Assembly (NCBI GenBank): GCA_951406725.2
Contig: OX597814.1
Location: 169,508,001-169,572,000, forward strand
DNA length: 64,000 nt
Direction: 5' to 3'
Source of the DNA: Octopus vulgaris
Taxonomy: Eukaryota
In this document: piece by piece, positions 25,549 through 38,820 of the stretch
Layout: every line of letters begins with the position of its first letter
How positions within the stretch are numbered: the first letter of the stretch is position 1
Program-made: the position numbers and the translations under genes
Notes under the pieces: generated by a model
Database searches by the model: none
What the model was told of the DNA's origin: nothing
What the model saw: the letters and a program-made list of their open reading frames with translations, nothing else

Positions 25549-25579
25549 CACACACACACATATACACACACATGCATAT

Positions 25580-25626
<47 letters not shown>

Positions 25627-25689
25627 TACACACACACACACATGCATATACATATATATATGTATATATAATATACATATATATGCATA

Positions 25690-25936
25690 TATCTGTAAAT
25701 GTAATATGTGACAATTATTCAGTAGCCATGATAAAACTCCAAGTTTCAGATGCTGAGGTGGAAATCCACGCCGCTAGCTCTTCAGTTATCCAGCCATTAG
25801 AAAAAAATGCTATGAAAACGAGTTTTATCATGGCTACCGAATAAGTGTCACATATTACATTTACAGATAAATTCCTCTATTTACATAATATCAAGGTCTC
25901 TTTCATTCTTTTGTTGTCTTACCATTTTTATCAATA
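25690..25936. mobile_element. Family H3 copy with inversion (25690-25812 minus, 25818-25936 plus)
   Basis: Minus-strand HHR at 25730-25790: GAUAA CUGAAGA ... GAAA CUUGGAGU U UUAUC; the adjacent plus segment repeats the downstream part. Confidence 0.65.
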
Positions 25937-25967
25937 TATATGCATATATATATATATATATGCATAT

Positions 25968-26248
25968 ATGGGTACAGGACGTCACCAACAGTAAACAACA
26001 TGAAATATGCAAACAAATGAGTTCAATATGCAAACAAGGGAAACAAATGAAAAACAGGACAGGTAACGCAAAGAACGACCTTTCATCAGTTGTCGGCTGT
26101 CTATCTACTCCTCATTTCGAGCATTGAACAATAATATGAGCCTTCAAAGACAGTTGTTCCCATAAGTACCAAAATAAAATTTTGGATATATGGAGGGTCA
26201 ATGTTGGGAGCAACTGTCGTTGAAGACTCATATTGTTATTCAATGCTC
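25968..26248. mobile_element. Unclassified (TA)n-inserted repeat with a terminal inversion
   Basis: Homologous to 55318-55520; 26205-26248 is the reverse complement of ~26119-26162. Confidence 0.6.
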
Positions 26249-26249
26249 A

Positions 26250-26607
26250 CCATCTGATCTTGGTAGAAATTTTTCTCATCTGAGAAAAACCAAAGCATGT
26301 TCAGTTGGAGGGGATGCTTGAGTTTGTTCAAAAGCTTCATAGCTTGTTCTTTCCTCTTGTCCTTGAAGGCTTGGGATAAAAATTGGCCCTTTCACATCTT
26401 GTATGAAGAATACTGAATGTCTTCATGCAGTATAGCAGGTCATTTCCAAATTTCTAGCAGAGTGAATTGTGTCATGGTGCTGTTTTTCTCATAGATGGTG
26501 CCCAAGTGACCCTACTATACTGTGTAGCTGACAAAATCAAAAACAAACAATGCACATGAGCGAAATTAAAAATATAAAATAGCAACAGTTTACCCATCGC
26601 ACCCTGT
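26250..26607 (-). mobile_element. Tc1/mariner (maT-like) 5' fragment
   Basis: TA-CAGGGTG end at 26609; minus frame KGQFLSQ...KLLNKLKHPLQLNMLWFFSDEKNF. Confidence 0.7.
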
Positions 26608-27849
26608 ATATGTGTGGTAGTGGTTGGGTTATGTGTCCTTGTCTTGACATAGAATAATAGTTGTAACTTATCAGTGTACTTAATTTCCAATCTTCTGTGA
26701 AAACATGTCCAGCAATAAGACAATATTACCTTGCTCGTAAACAGGTAAATTTTAATGACAAAAGTCATGTGTTGTAGAAAATCTGTCTCAAGTGATCATT
26801 AAAAAAAGTGATCATAAAAACAATGATGGCTATGATGATGATTAACAGTTCAGTAAAAGAGATTGATAGAATAAGTAGTAGGCTTTAAAAAAAAAAAAGT
26901 CCTGGGGTCGATTTGTTTGACTAAAACCCTTCAAGGCAGTGCTCCAGTATGGCTGCAGTCCAGTGACTGAAACAAGTAAGAGAATACAAGGATATATAAA
27001 TATCTACACACATACATCCAGACACAAATGAACATACACACACACACATCCTTTTATATATGTATATCATACACACTAGTACACACACACACACACACGG
27101 AATCACAACTTCACAAGCACACTCATAAACACATACATTCAGGCCAATACATATATTCATGCACAACTGCATCTATGCGCATGCATTCATTCATTAATAT
27201 GCATATTCACACACATAAAGACATGCATATTTATTGACAAATGCATCTATCTCAAAAAACACACCCAGCTTCAACAATATAAAGGATTCCACACACCTAA
27301 AAACTACCATCATTCAATTGTGCACACAAATACATCCCTGCACGTGCAACCATATCCATGCATACAACAGCATACAAAATCATATTTGTACACATCTACA
27401 TACAAACATCTACTGACAAATATATGTACACATTATTATGCAAAAGTCTCGGTTTTTCTCTTTGTCACTTTTTTTCACTCTTTCTCTATCTTTCTTTCAA
27501 TTCTCATATTCCTCTCTAATTATCTCTTTCATTTCCCCTTTCCTATTATTTCTTCCTTTTACCCTTATTCCTTTTCTATCCCCTCTCTCTCTCTCCCTCC
27601 TTTTCTATCTTCTAATTTTTCATATCCTTGTCTCACTTTCTCTCTCTCTCTTTAGCTACCACCATTTTTTTCTCTCTCTATTGCCTTTCTCTTAGACATC
27701 ATCTCTGTCTGCCTTTTTTTCCCTTTTTGTTGGACTTTCTTCTATTTACGCTATCTTTTTCTATTTACCTCCTCATTTTATGCTTCTCTTTGTCTCAACA
27801 ACTCTCAGTCACTCTCTCTCCTTCTCTCTCCCTTTCTCCCTCTCTCTCT

Positions 27850-27880
27850 GTCTGTCTGACTGCCTGTCTATCTATCTATT

Positions 27881-27914
<34 letters not shown>

Positions 27915-27946
27915 TCTATCTCTCTATTTATCTATTTGTCAATCTG

Positions 27947-27985
<39 letters not shown>

Positions 27986-27994
27986 GTTTGTCTG

Positions 27995-28040
<46 letters not shown>

Positions 28041-28054
28041 CATCTGTCTGTTTG

Positions 28055-28093
<39 letters not shown>

Positions 28094-28106
28094 GTTTGTC
28101 TGTCTG

Positions 28107-28149
<43 letters not shown>

Positions 28150-28170
28150 GTTTGTCTGTCTATCTGTCTG

Positions 28171-28217
<47 letters not shown>

Positions 28218-28255
28218 GTTTGTCTGTCTGTCTATCTATCTATCTATCTATCTCA
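27850..28255. repeat. (TCTA/TCTG)n microsatellite
   Basis: Direct reading. Confidence 0.95.
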
Positions 28256-29526
28256 GCTTTTCTCGCTCTCTGTAGCTACCTACCTACCTACCTACCTCAA
28301 TCTCTCTTTCAGAATCAATTTACTTTTCTCTATCAATTCAATATCCTTTTTAACCATCCAAACTGATATAGATTCCTGTACATAATAGGTTTCCTTCTAA
28401 CATGGTTTTGTTGCTAGGTTACGGAAGTTCCAGCCAAAGGGCCAATGTTCTTTGTTGAATTTTTATTTTCCATGAGTTTATCTTTTTGTCTTTCACAGAC
28501 TCTGAAGCCAGAATCAAAACTTTGTCCATTATTAGACCTTTGCTGGAAGAACCGAGATAAAATATATCAGTATTAGTTTTTACAAGAATCAGATGCAGTG
28601 TGCAAGAGAAAAGACTGTTGGTATAGAGACATGTAATGAAGATGCAAAATGAATGGTAGGAAGGGAGGAATGGTAAGATGAAGGGAAGAGAGATCCAAAT
28701 GGAAGGAATCTGTGGAAGGAGGAGGTGGAAAAGATGTGGGAAGTGTTGAAGACTGATTCCAAGATGTTGAACCTTAACGAAATGATAACAAGGGACTGTA
28801 ACTGGATGGGCTTTATTCTTTTAATCTTTTACTCTTTTGCATATTTCAGTCATTTGACTGTGGCCATGCTGGAGCACCATCTTAAAGGGTTATAGTCGGA
28901 AAAAATTGACCCCCACGACTAATTCTTTGTAAGCCTAGTACTTACCGATCTCTTTTGCCAAACCACTAAGTTACAGAGGCATAAACACATCAGCATTATT
29001 TGTCAAGTTAGTTAGTTAGTTAGTTAGTTAATTTGGCTCAAAAGCAAATAGCAAGGCCATGTAGGGGGACATGGAGTTAAGTACAGGGTGGTGTTCATGT
29101 AAAGAGTTCAGGCCACTTGAGGTCCAGGGAGGCTTTGAACAAGGGACAAAAACACAGACATACACATAAATACATACACATACACACACATATATCGTTG
29201 CTATTATGGAAAAGTGGCATAAATCCAAAATGTTGCTTTTTCAGAAAACAAAAAACAAAAGAAAATAGTTTCACTATTCCATAGTAAAACCGTTGTAGTA
29301 CACTTTGATAATTTTTGATATCTTGGCATCTGAAGCAGATGGAGATGTGATAGTTTGACCAAAAGAACTGGTTATTACAATCAAAAATAAATACTGAAAA
29401 ACCGTATTTGGCCAAATTTAGACAAACAGTAGTTTAACTTAATAGCAACAAGATATGTATATATATATATACATATACATGTGTATATATATATATATAT
29501 TTGGAAATGTGTATATATATATATAT

Positions 29527-30463
<937 letters not shown>

Positions 30464-30530
30464 GAGACAAAATAGGTGTTTATTTCTTTATATTAAAAAT
30501 ATTTATTTATTTATTTATTTATTTCTCTAT

Positions 30531-30561
<31 letters not shown>

Positions 30562-30721
30562 TATTTAAAAATTTTTATGTATTGATTAAGTCTTTCCTTG
30601 TTTGTTTTGCAAAATAGTGGTTTTGTCTCGAATTATATTATATAATATTTTACTATAAAATTGGATTTAATCCTAAATCTGATTTTTCCCTGTAAATTTG
30701 GATTTATTCCCTAATATTTAT

Positions 30722-30768
<47 letters not shown>

Positions 30769-31429
30769 TGTGTATATATATATATATATATACATGACAA
30801 GCTTCTTTCAGTTTCCGTTCTACCAAATCCACTCACAAGACTTTTGTGGGCCCAAGGCCTTTGTAGAAGACACTTGCTCAAGGTGTCACACAGTGGGACT
30901 GAACCCGGAGGCATGTGGTTGAGAAGCTAGCTTCTTACTACACAGCCACACCTGTGCCTAACTTCATCAGATTCTTAAAATATTTCTTCCCCAAACACCT
31001 ATTTACTCACTACAAAACTTTGGTGTGACTTACAATGGAGCACTGATTCCACTGCTAGGATACTGTTACAACACACACACACGCGCGCTTCATTTCACTT
31101 CACCTTTATCCATGTTCTTGCTTGATGAGGCTGGGGTCACCCCAGGTTAGTGGTCCCAGAGATGTCATCATGTGTAGAGCCAACTAGGTCCACCAGTGCT
31201 CTCAATCGCTGGTGGTCCCATGCCAGCCCCTCTGCATCCTTGCATATACACACATGCACACACATATATATTCACACACACACACACACACACAGATACA
31301 TACAGAGATTCACACACAGATACACACACATACACACGTGCATGTCTGGGATTTAAAAAAGGGATCAAAGGTCCATCCCAAGCCATAGGCTCTCATAAGG
31401 TCAGTCTTCTGGATTCTGTAATGTAAAAA

Positions 31430-31890
31430 GTAAAGTTACGTTCTTGGGTTATATCACCTCATAAGGGCTGGTTTCCTGATTTTATGGCGTATATATTCCC
31501 CACTTGGATGGGACGCCAGTCTGTGACAGGATTACTCATTTTTGCCAGCTGAGTGGACTGGAGCAACGTAAAATGAAGTGTTTTGTTCAAGAACACAACG
31601 CGTCGCCCAGTCCAGGAATCAAAACCACAATCTTATGATTATGATGCTGACACCCTAACCACTAAGCCACATGCCTCCACAAATAATAAATGCGCCCTTT
31701 TAAAGCCTAACCAGGCTCATGGGCCTGGTTTCCCAGTTTCAATGGCACATGTGTTCCCAAGCTGGACAGGACGCAGTCTATCACAGCGTTACTCATTTTT
31801 GCCAGCTGAGTGGACTGGAGCAACATGAAATGAAGCATTTTGCTTAAGAACACAATGCATTTCTGGGTCCAGGAATCAAAGTCACAATCT
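31430..31890 (-). mobile_element. Two tandem copies of tRNA-headed SINE family C
   Basis: Minus strand TGGCTTAGTGGTTAGGG...TTGATTCCTGGAC...GTGTTCTTGAACAAAACACTTCATTT..GCTCCAGTCCACTCAGCTGGC; related copies at 32170-32350, 44330-44670 and 63910-64000. Confidence 0.75.
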
Positions 31891-32125
31891 ATAGCCTCAG
31901 GCCGACCAAAGCCTTGTGAGTGGATTTGGTAGGCAGAAACTGAAAGAAGCCCGTTGTATATATGTATATATATATATATGTATGTGTGTCTGTGTTTGTC
32001 CCAACATCGCTTGACAACCAATGCTGGTATGTTTATGTCCCTGTAACATTAGTAGTTCTGCAAAAGAGACCGATAGAATAAGTATTAGGCTTACAAAGAA
32101 TAAGTCCTGGGGTCAATTTGTTCAA
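31890..32125 (+). mobile_element. SINE family A, central and 3' part
   Basis: Matches the body of 21925-22311. Confidence 0.75.
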
Positions 32126-32719
32126 CATGTTAATCACTAAGACTCCACTCTGCATTCTGTAGCATATATACGCCCCCTGGACAAGGTACCAGTCTGTCAC
32201 AGGGTTATTCATTTTTATTAGCTTAGTGGTCTAGAGTTACATGAAATGAAGTGTTTTGTTCATGAATACAACACATCACCCAATCCTGGGATTGAAACCA
32301 CAGTCTTAGAATCATGGGTGCAACACTTTAAGCACTAAGCCATGTGCCTTTACATATCTGGGATTTCATCCAAAGTAAGGATACTCTACTGATTTGGTAA
32401 GAATTCATTCACAAATACATTCCAACCTCTGACCCACAGACATTTTTGTTTCTCTCTCTGCCTTTTCTACCACTACTGTAATGGTCTCTACTCTCTAGAG
32501 CTCGGACTTGTGTTTCCTCCACTCTGTACATCTGACACATTTCACTCCCCTCCTGTCATCACATTTGTCTCTATAATCCCAGGCTTGCATCAACCTCTAT
32601 ATCTACTCCTAGAACCTTCTCTTCATATGTGATTTTGCACCCACTTAAATTTCCTTCTCTGTACATTTTTTTTCTTTCAGCTGTTGGAAAGGAATTTTAA
32701 TCATGTTGATCTTGTAGTG

Positions 32720-33065
32720 TTCTGTTGTGTCTGGGGAGAGTCATTTTCTTCTTGTGCTTTATAATTTAACACACTCACCAGTAAAATTTCCACTTATTTC
32801 TTATATTTATTTTCCTAAAATTTTCGTTGTGTCTTGCAGCCTTTTCAATAGTTGCAAGATGCAAAGAATGTTGCAAGATGCAAAGAATGTTGCAAGATGC
32901 AAAGAAAGTTTTAGGAAAGTAAAAATAAGAAATAAGTGGAAATTTTACTGGTGAGTGTGTTAAATTATAAGGCACAAAAAGAAAATGACTCTCCCCAGAC
33001 ACAACAGAATATGCTTCAACACACGAAATCATATAAAGAATCTTGCAAACCAAATCCAAAAACGA
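32720..33065. mobile_element. Inverted pair of family H2 joined by a tripled 19-bp junction
   Basis: Left arm 32720-32851, GTTGCAAGATGCAAAGAA(T/A) x3 from 32851, right arm to 33065. Confidence 0.75.
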
Positions 33066-33734
33066 TCTTGTAGGCATCACAAGTGAGACAGCACGGTTTC
33101 ATGTGATTGATCTATAAATCGATCAATCATTATGGGGATGTTGTAGGATATGGCTTCTCAGGTGTTCTAAACTTTAACTCCTTTTCACCTTATAAAAGCC
33201 ATTTAGCACCAGACAGATTGTTGGAGGCAGTTGAATGATTCACACACCTCACCTTTTCGCCAAGCAGATGACCTCCAGCATTTGTGCAGACAGCTTTGGA
33301 CTTTGCATAGAGGATTCTTGGACAGACTGATTATGAACATTCACATAATATCCCATAAGTAGCATCTATGGACACATCATGGTTTTTCTCTCCTCCCAGT
33401 TGGCAAGTGTGTCATTAACGTTTTTCATTGTAAATAGCCAATATAAATATCATGTACAGCAATAAATATTAACATTAAAAAGTTTGTGGGTTTGTCTCAG
33501 TTATTATTCATGCTGCCAATGACATTCCATTTGTACATTACAGCAATAATAATAAATAATATTTCATTGGTCATTACATTCTGAGTTCAAATTCCTTCAA
33601 GGCCAACTTTGCCTTTCATCCTCTTGGTGGGGGTCGATAAAATAAGCAACAGTTAAATATAATTGACTCAGCCTCCACCTCAAAAAATTGCTGGTCTTGT
33701 GCCAGAATTATTATTATTAGGATTATTATTATTA

Positions 33735-33765
<31 letters not shown>

Positions 33766-33766
<1 letters not shown>

Positions 33767-34228
33767 GAGTGAGAGAGCAGTGCATGCCATCAAAGTGACC
33801 CTGGGGTAAAATATACGGAGCCCAGTATACCCATCATGACAACCCGCCTGATAAGGGTACACCAAGCACATGTATCACAACCAAATATGCACGACATGGT
33901 CATCTCATATCAAGATAAACAGCGCCTGACCTTGCAGGTGGGGCCCAATTAGAAATTTCTTCTGCTCAAGTAGCCCATCCTGCTCAAAAGGTCCCTGAAT
34001 AAGGATTATTTAAGGATGTTGAATGAAACACCCATGTTTCCAGAGGTGAATTATTCAAACCCCAAAGAATCTCTCTCAACACATGGCTACGATACTCCAC
34101 CACTACTTCTGCTTGTAATCAGAGGTGCACATATCGTCAGCCACTAAGGGACTTAGTCAGCTGGTTAAGATCAAGCAAGCTTGTGGTATTGAGCAGAATA
34201 TTTGCTGTGGCCCATCTTTTATGCCAAT
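33766..34228. mobile_element. Unclassified ~460-bp segment bracketed by (TTA)n, possibly the 3' UTR of a TAA-targeting LINE
   Basis: Sharp (TTA)n boundaries on both sides; no ORF recognised. Confidence 0.35.
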
Positions 34229-34261
34229 CATTATCATTATTATTATTATCATTATTTAAGA

Positions 34262-34659
34262 CTAGCAGTATCGCCCGGCGTTGCTCGGGTTTGTAAGGGA
34301 AATAACTATATAAGCATTTTTAGAGAATTATAGCCAAAAAATAGCAACAAAATGCATTAAAAATAGAAAAAAAATTATGGTAAGTTTTTTTTTAAATCGT
34401 TGACTCATCGTAGACATTTTTAGAGAGTTACTTCCCTTATATAATAGCGAAAAAAATGCATTAAAATGGAAAAAATGATGGTAATTTTTTTTTTAAATCG
34501 TAGACTCATCGTAGACGTGCGCTAATACCCAGAAAGGCTCGATATCAATCACGACTATAAGATACCCGGTTTTGGTTAAACTGCACCGCAAAATGTGGGA
34601 GTAGTTAGGAATCTAAATCGTAGGAGACAGACACACAACCTCTCTTTTATATATAAAGA
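34262..34659 (-). mobile_element. Non-autonomous Helitron
   Basis: Minus strand starts A|TCTTTATATATAAAA and ends with a CCCG-AGCAACGC-CGGG hairpin followed by CTAG|T; internal ~100-bp tandem duplication. Confidence 0.85.
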
Positions 34660-34660
34660 T

Positions 34661-36079
34661 GTCACACAGTATCCAATATCATGATGTTGATTGATGATAT
34701 GTCTACCGGGGCGTTGTACTGTCTGTCCAGTCACAAGAACCTCAGACAGACAGCACTTTATGCAATATGCATGTAGTTCCAAGTAATGTCGATTTTTCCT
34801 TGATTGTAGGGTATTTCTAAAGTTTCCAAATGTTTTTTCAGGTTGGGTGGTATTGAACCCCAATGTTCCAATGACAAGAGCGACAACCTTTGTGCTTGTC
34901 TCTCGTAGCTGTCACATCTTAGCGATCTCAATTCTCAGGTCTTCATATTCATCAGTCTTTTCTCTTTCTTTCATGATAATATGCTGATCTCCTGGCACTG
35001 CTACGTTGGTTATTAGGTACTCTTGTTTGTCCCTCCTAAAAGTTACTATATCCGGCCTTCAGTGCTCTAACACTGTGTTTGCCTGAATGCCTGAAAGTCA
35101 AAGTCCCAGAGAATTTTTGCCTTCCCTTTTTCATCCATTACCTTTTCCAATGTATGGTGATACCAAGCACCCATTACTTCATATCCATACTTCCAGCATA
35201 GTAGCCAATGAAGGTTTTGGGCTACCTTATTGTGTCTGTGTTTGCACTCCTTCTGTGCAAAACTTTCACAAGCATTAATAACGTGAGTCACATTTTCACC
35301 CCTCTTTCCACATATTCTGCAGAGGTTTGTTGGTATTCAATGCCTGATCTTGGGCAGTGATGATTAAGCTTTCAGTGTTCTTTTTTAGGTCATCCTTGAT
35401 GCTTCTTGATCTTTTAAGTTGTTAGTTTCCCAGTGGAACGGATCATGTAATTCCATGCAGAGTAGGGTTTCTTCTCTCTTGTTGGCTGTTCATGATCAGA
35501 ATTAATGAAAAGGTGACGAGCTGGCAGAAACGTAAGCGCGTCGGGTGTAATGCTTAGCGGTATGTCATCTGCTGTTATGTTCTGAGTTCAAATTCCTCCA
35601 AGGTCAACTTTGCTTTTCATCCTTTTGGGGTCGATAAATTAAGTACCAGTTATGCACTGGGGTCAATGTAATCGACTTAATCCCTTTGTCTGTCCTTGTT
35701 TGTCCCCTCTATGTTTAGCCCCTTGTGAGCAATAAAGAAATAAGAATTCATGAGCACTCTCAAGTTCATTTTTGGTAAATTGTTCTGCATTAGCAGCATA
35801 CTGTAGCAGGTCTTGTTTGCTGCTTACCAAATATTCTGCCATGTTTCTTCTTTCACTGTTGATGCACTCCTGTATGCTAATCAGCCCATGTCCACCTTTA
35901 CCCCTCTTCATGTTGAGCCTGTGTACGTTTGCTTTAGGGTGGAGGGCACCATGTATTGTTATTGTCTTTCAGGTAGTGCAATCGAGTTGGTTAATCTCTG
36001 CTTGTGTCCATTTCAGGATGGGTGTACTATAGCAGACTACAGCAACAGCCCTTATGCTGATGGCAGTCACAAGGTTCCT
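34661..36079 (-). mobile_element. R4/Dong-like LINE 3' fragment with nested SINE B (35510-35745)
   Basis: KRGKGGHGLISIQEC, HVINACESFAQKECKHRHNKVA, KILWDFDF; (TTA)n tail beyond the Helitron. Confidence 0.8.
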
Positions 36080-36104
36080 TTATCATTATTTTTATTATTA
36101 TTAA

Positions 36105-36290
36105 GTTGGCGACCTGGCAGAATTGATAGCATGCTGGGTGAAATGCTTAGTGGTATTTCATCCATCTTTACACTTTGAGTTCAAATTCTGCTCAGGTCGA
36201 CTTTGCCTTTCATCCTTTCAGGGTCAAGTACTGGAGTCGATGTAACTGACCTACCCACCAAATTTTGGGCCTTGTACCTTTATTAGAAAC
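36105..36290 (+). mobile_element. SINE family B
   Basis: GGCGACCTGGCAGAA head and GTCGACTTTGCCTTTCATCC. Confidence 0.75.
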
Positions 36291-36957
36291 ACTCATCATC
36301 ATTATCGTCATCATCATAGTCATCATCATCATCGTCGTCGTCGTCATCATCATCATCATCATTATCATCATCATTAAAGGGTGGCAAGCTGGCAGTATTG
36401 TTAGAGCATTAAAGAAATGTTTTGTGATATTTGTTCACACTACACACATATTCTGTCTTAGTAAGTCTATGGAATGACAACAAAAGGTTTCATGGAACCA
36501 CAGTTTAAATGTTCTTGCTTGAGACTCTGTAACATTACTGATTCAGGGAGAGATTATGGCTCACAGAAATGGCCCCAGTACTTGACTGGTTCTTATCTAT
36601 CAAACTTGAAGAAATGAAAGGTAAAGTCAGCTTCAGAATGATTTGAACTCAGAGTACTGAGAGCTGGAACAAATACTGTAAAGCATTCTGCTTGATGTTT
36701 TATCAACTTTGCAAAGTCCCATGTCTCCTTCCCTGCCCAAGTTTCCCATATAGAAAACAAAACAGGTAACTTCTACAAACTCCTCCATTGGTTAGAAATA
36801 ACAACCAAATGTTAATAACCTGGGGAACCAAGTGGCCCATTACATTTAATCTTCCAAGACCAAAATAGTATCTTTCTGTCCCCTAGTTTTGGTGGATAGA
36901 ATGGTAGGCTTGATCTACTATTTAAAAACGTTCCTGATGACGAAATTTCTATAGTAT

Positions 36958-37150
36958 CATTCATTCATTATTCGACCGTGGTTGAGACAATGGAATTTAT
37001 TATGTTACGCCAGACTTCACGGTTCATCTTAGCATTACGGAGGTCCTGTTGCTGGATGCCTGTATCCCTGGAGATTACATCAAGGTAGGAGAGTGTGTGC
37101 TCTCTGGTATCACGAGCAGATGGCTTCCAGAGGAGAAGAGTAGAAATAGT
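36958..37150 (-). mobile_element. RTE/RTEX-like LINE extreme 3' end
   Basis: Minus frame LLLWKPSARDTR..LSYLDVISRDTGIQQQDLRNAKMNREVWR...VE*, then a (TGAA)n tail. Confidence 0.65.
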
Positions 37151-37649
37151 ATCTCTATGAGGGCTAAATCAATTCTAAAATGAAGTACTGCCCTCATATT
37201 CAAGAGAGTTCTTTCAAACATGTACTCTCTAATTTTGATACAAAGCAGAACAAACTGTGTAGTATAGTTACTGATGGGCTCTTTTGGTCACTCCAGCTGC
37301 AGCATCAACAGGATTTTGCATTTCTGAATTCTTTTACTGTTACTTCCATGAAAATCTGTTCAAACAAGCTTCTTCCCCTAATGATAGCATGCTGGGTGAA
37401 ATGCTTAGTGGTATTTCATCCATCTTTACACTCTGAGTTCAGATTCCGCCGAGGTCGACTTTGCCTTTCATCCTTCCAGGGTCAAGTACTGGAGTCGATG
37501 TAACTGGCTTACCCACCAAATTTCAGACCTAGTACCTTTAGTAGAAACACTCATCATCATTATCGTCGTCAGCATAGTCATCATCATTGTCGTCGTCGTC
37601 GTCATCATCATCATCATCATCATCACCATTAAAAAGAATTTTCTATTAG

Positions 37650-37850
37650 AACCTTGATTTACCAAATTTAGCGAACGGCATCCATGCTTCGTGAATATCT
37701 CATGGACAATCTGCAAATATCATACAGCATTCACAAAACAATTTTTTTTCTCAGAACAGCTGAATCGTGGAATAAACTCTCTCCCATTTGTTTTCCTGTA
37801 AAATATGACCTCAATCTCTCTAAATTGAGGTTTAACAAGCACATTGCCTA
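37650..37850 (+). mobile_element. Jockey/CR1-group LINE ORF2 C-terminal relic
   Basis: FFLRTAESWNKLSPICFPVKYDLNLSKLRFNKH*. Confidence 0.55.
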
Positions 37851-38651
37851 ATGTTGGCAGTTTCCTTCATTTTAATATTTTTCATTGGTTCTTTTATTAC
37901 CATCTCATTTCACTTAATTTTATTACCTTCTTTTACGTTATCTCATTTACCATATTTTACTGCCGTCAACTCTTTTATCAGTTCTTTTATTATGATGTCA
38001 TTTAAATCTTTTATCAATTATTTTATTGCTATCTTTTATTTACTATTTGAAGCACACACATACACACACACACACACATGGCTTTTGTGGTGTCAATGTC
38101 ACTCCCCCACCGTTTCCTTAACCTTTGACAAGAAGCAGCATATGGATATTGCTTGGGGTGATTTTGAGTTATAAAAAAAAATGTCAAATGTTTCGTTATT
38201 TTGTTGTTCTGAGGTCATAGTCATCAGCAAGTTGTCGCCGACCCAGGTCATCTGTATGCAAACAGACCTCCATTATCAAATGTATTTCAGCTATGACGAT
38301 CCTGCAACTACTTACTCTTAGAATGTGGATAATTCTTCTGAGTTCTTTGGAAATTTTTAATTGTTATTTTTTAATTTAAATATGTCTGTCTGCTCGACTA
38401 TCTTTGCTGACATTGCAAATACTAAGAATAGTCTCCCTTGACCCTTTTATAGAGCAACACAGTCGATTCTGACAGGAATGAAAAAAAGAAAGAAAGAAAG
38501 AAAGAAAGAGAAGAATCAACCTCTGTACTAGATTAAAATTATACTCATCATTCCTGAAAGAGCCGTTCTATATTTAAGAGATGAGGAATTATGTACATTA
38601 TTTACATTATCTACATTTCACGGATATTTATACACATCTTGTTTCTTGTTG

Positions 38652-38695
38652 ACACAACGTTTCGGCCGATATACCCTCCAGCTTTCATCAACTGT
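38652..38695 (-). ncRNA. Degenerate type I hammerhead
   Basis: ACAG UUGAUGA AA GCUGG AGGGUAUA UCGGC C GAAA CGU U GUGU. Confidence 0.55.
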
Positions 38696-38752
38696 CTTGA
38701 AGAAATTTCGAACTTGGGTTCTCATTCCTAAGGTATTTTCGATGTTGTTGTT

Positions 38753-38820
38753 CAGGTCACTGCCTGGAATCGGAATCTTGGGGTTAGTAGTCCATGCTCT
38801 TAACCACTACGCCATATGCC
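38753..38820 (-). promoter_or_regulatory. tRNA-derived Pol III promoter-like segment
   Basis: GGCATA TGGCGTAGTGG TTAAGAGC..GGA CTACTAA CCC..; B-box partly missing (..CC GATTCC). Confidence 0.55.

Noticed and set aside
27628-28385. ORFs of over 200 aa (YLSI repeats)
   Set aside because: Translation of a (TCTA)n microsatellite.
28499-28560. Plus-strand acceptor followed by a short ORF (SEARIKTLSIIRPLLEEPR*)
   Set aside because: No homology or upstream partner exon, and it abuts a decayed RTE fragment.
36928-36950. CTGATGACGAAA hammerhead-like core
   Set aside because: Only one base lies between the core halves, so there is no stem II, and there is no stem I.
38753-38820. Functional tRNA-Ser gene
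   Set aside because: The T-arm/B-box is incomplete and the acceptor stem is poor; treated as tRNA-derived only.
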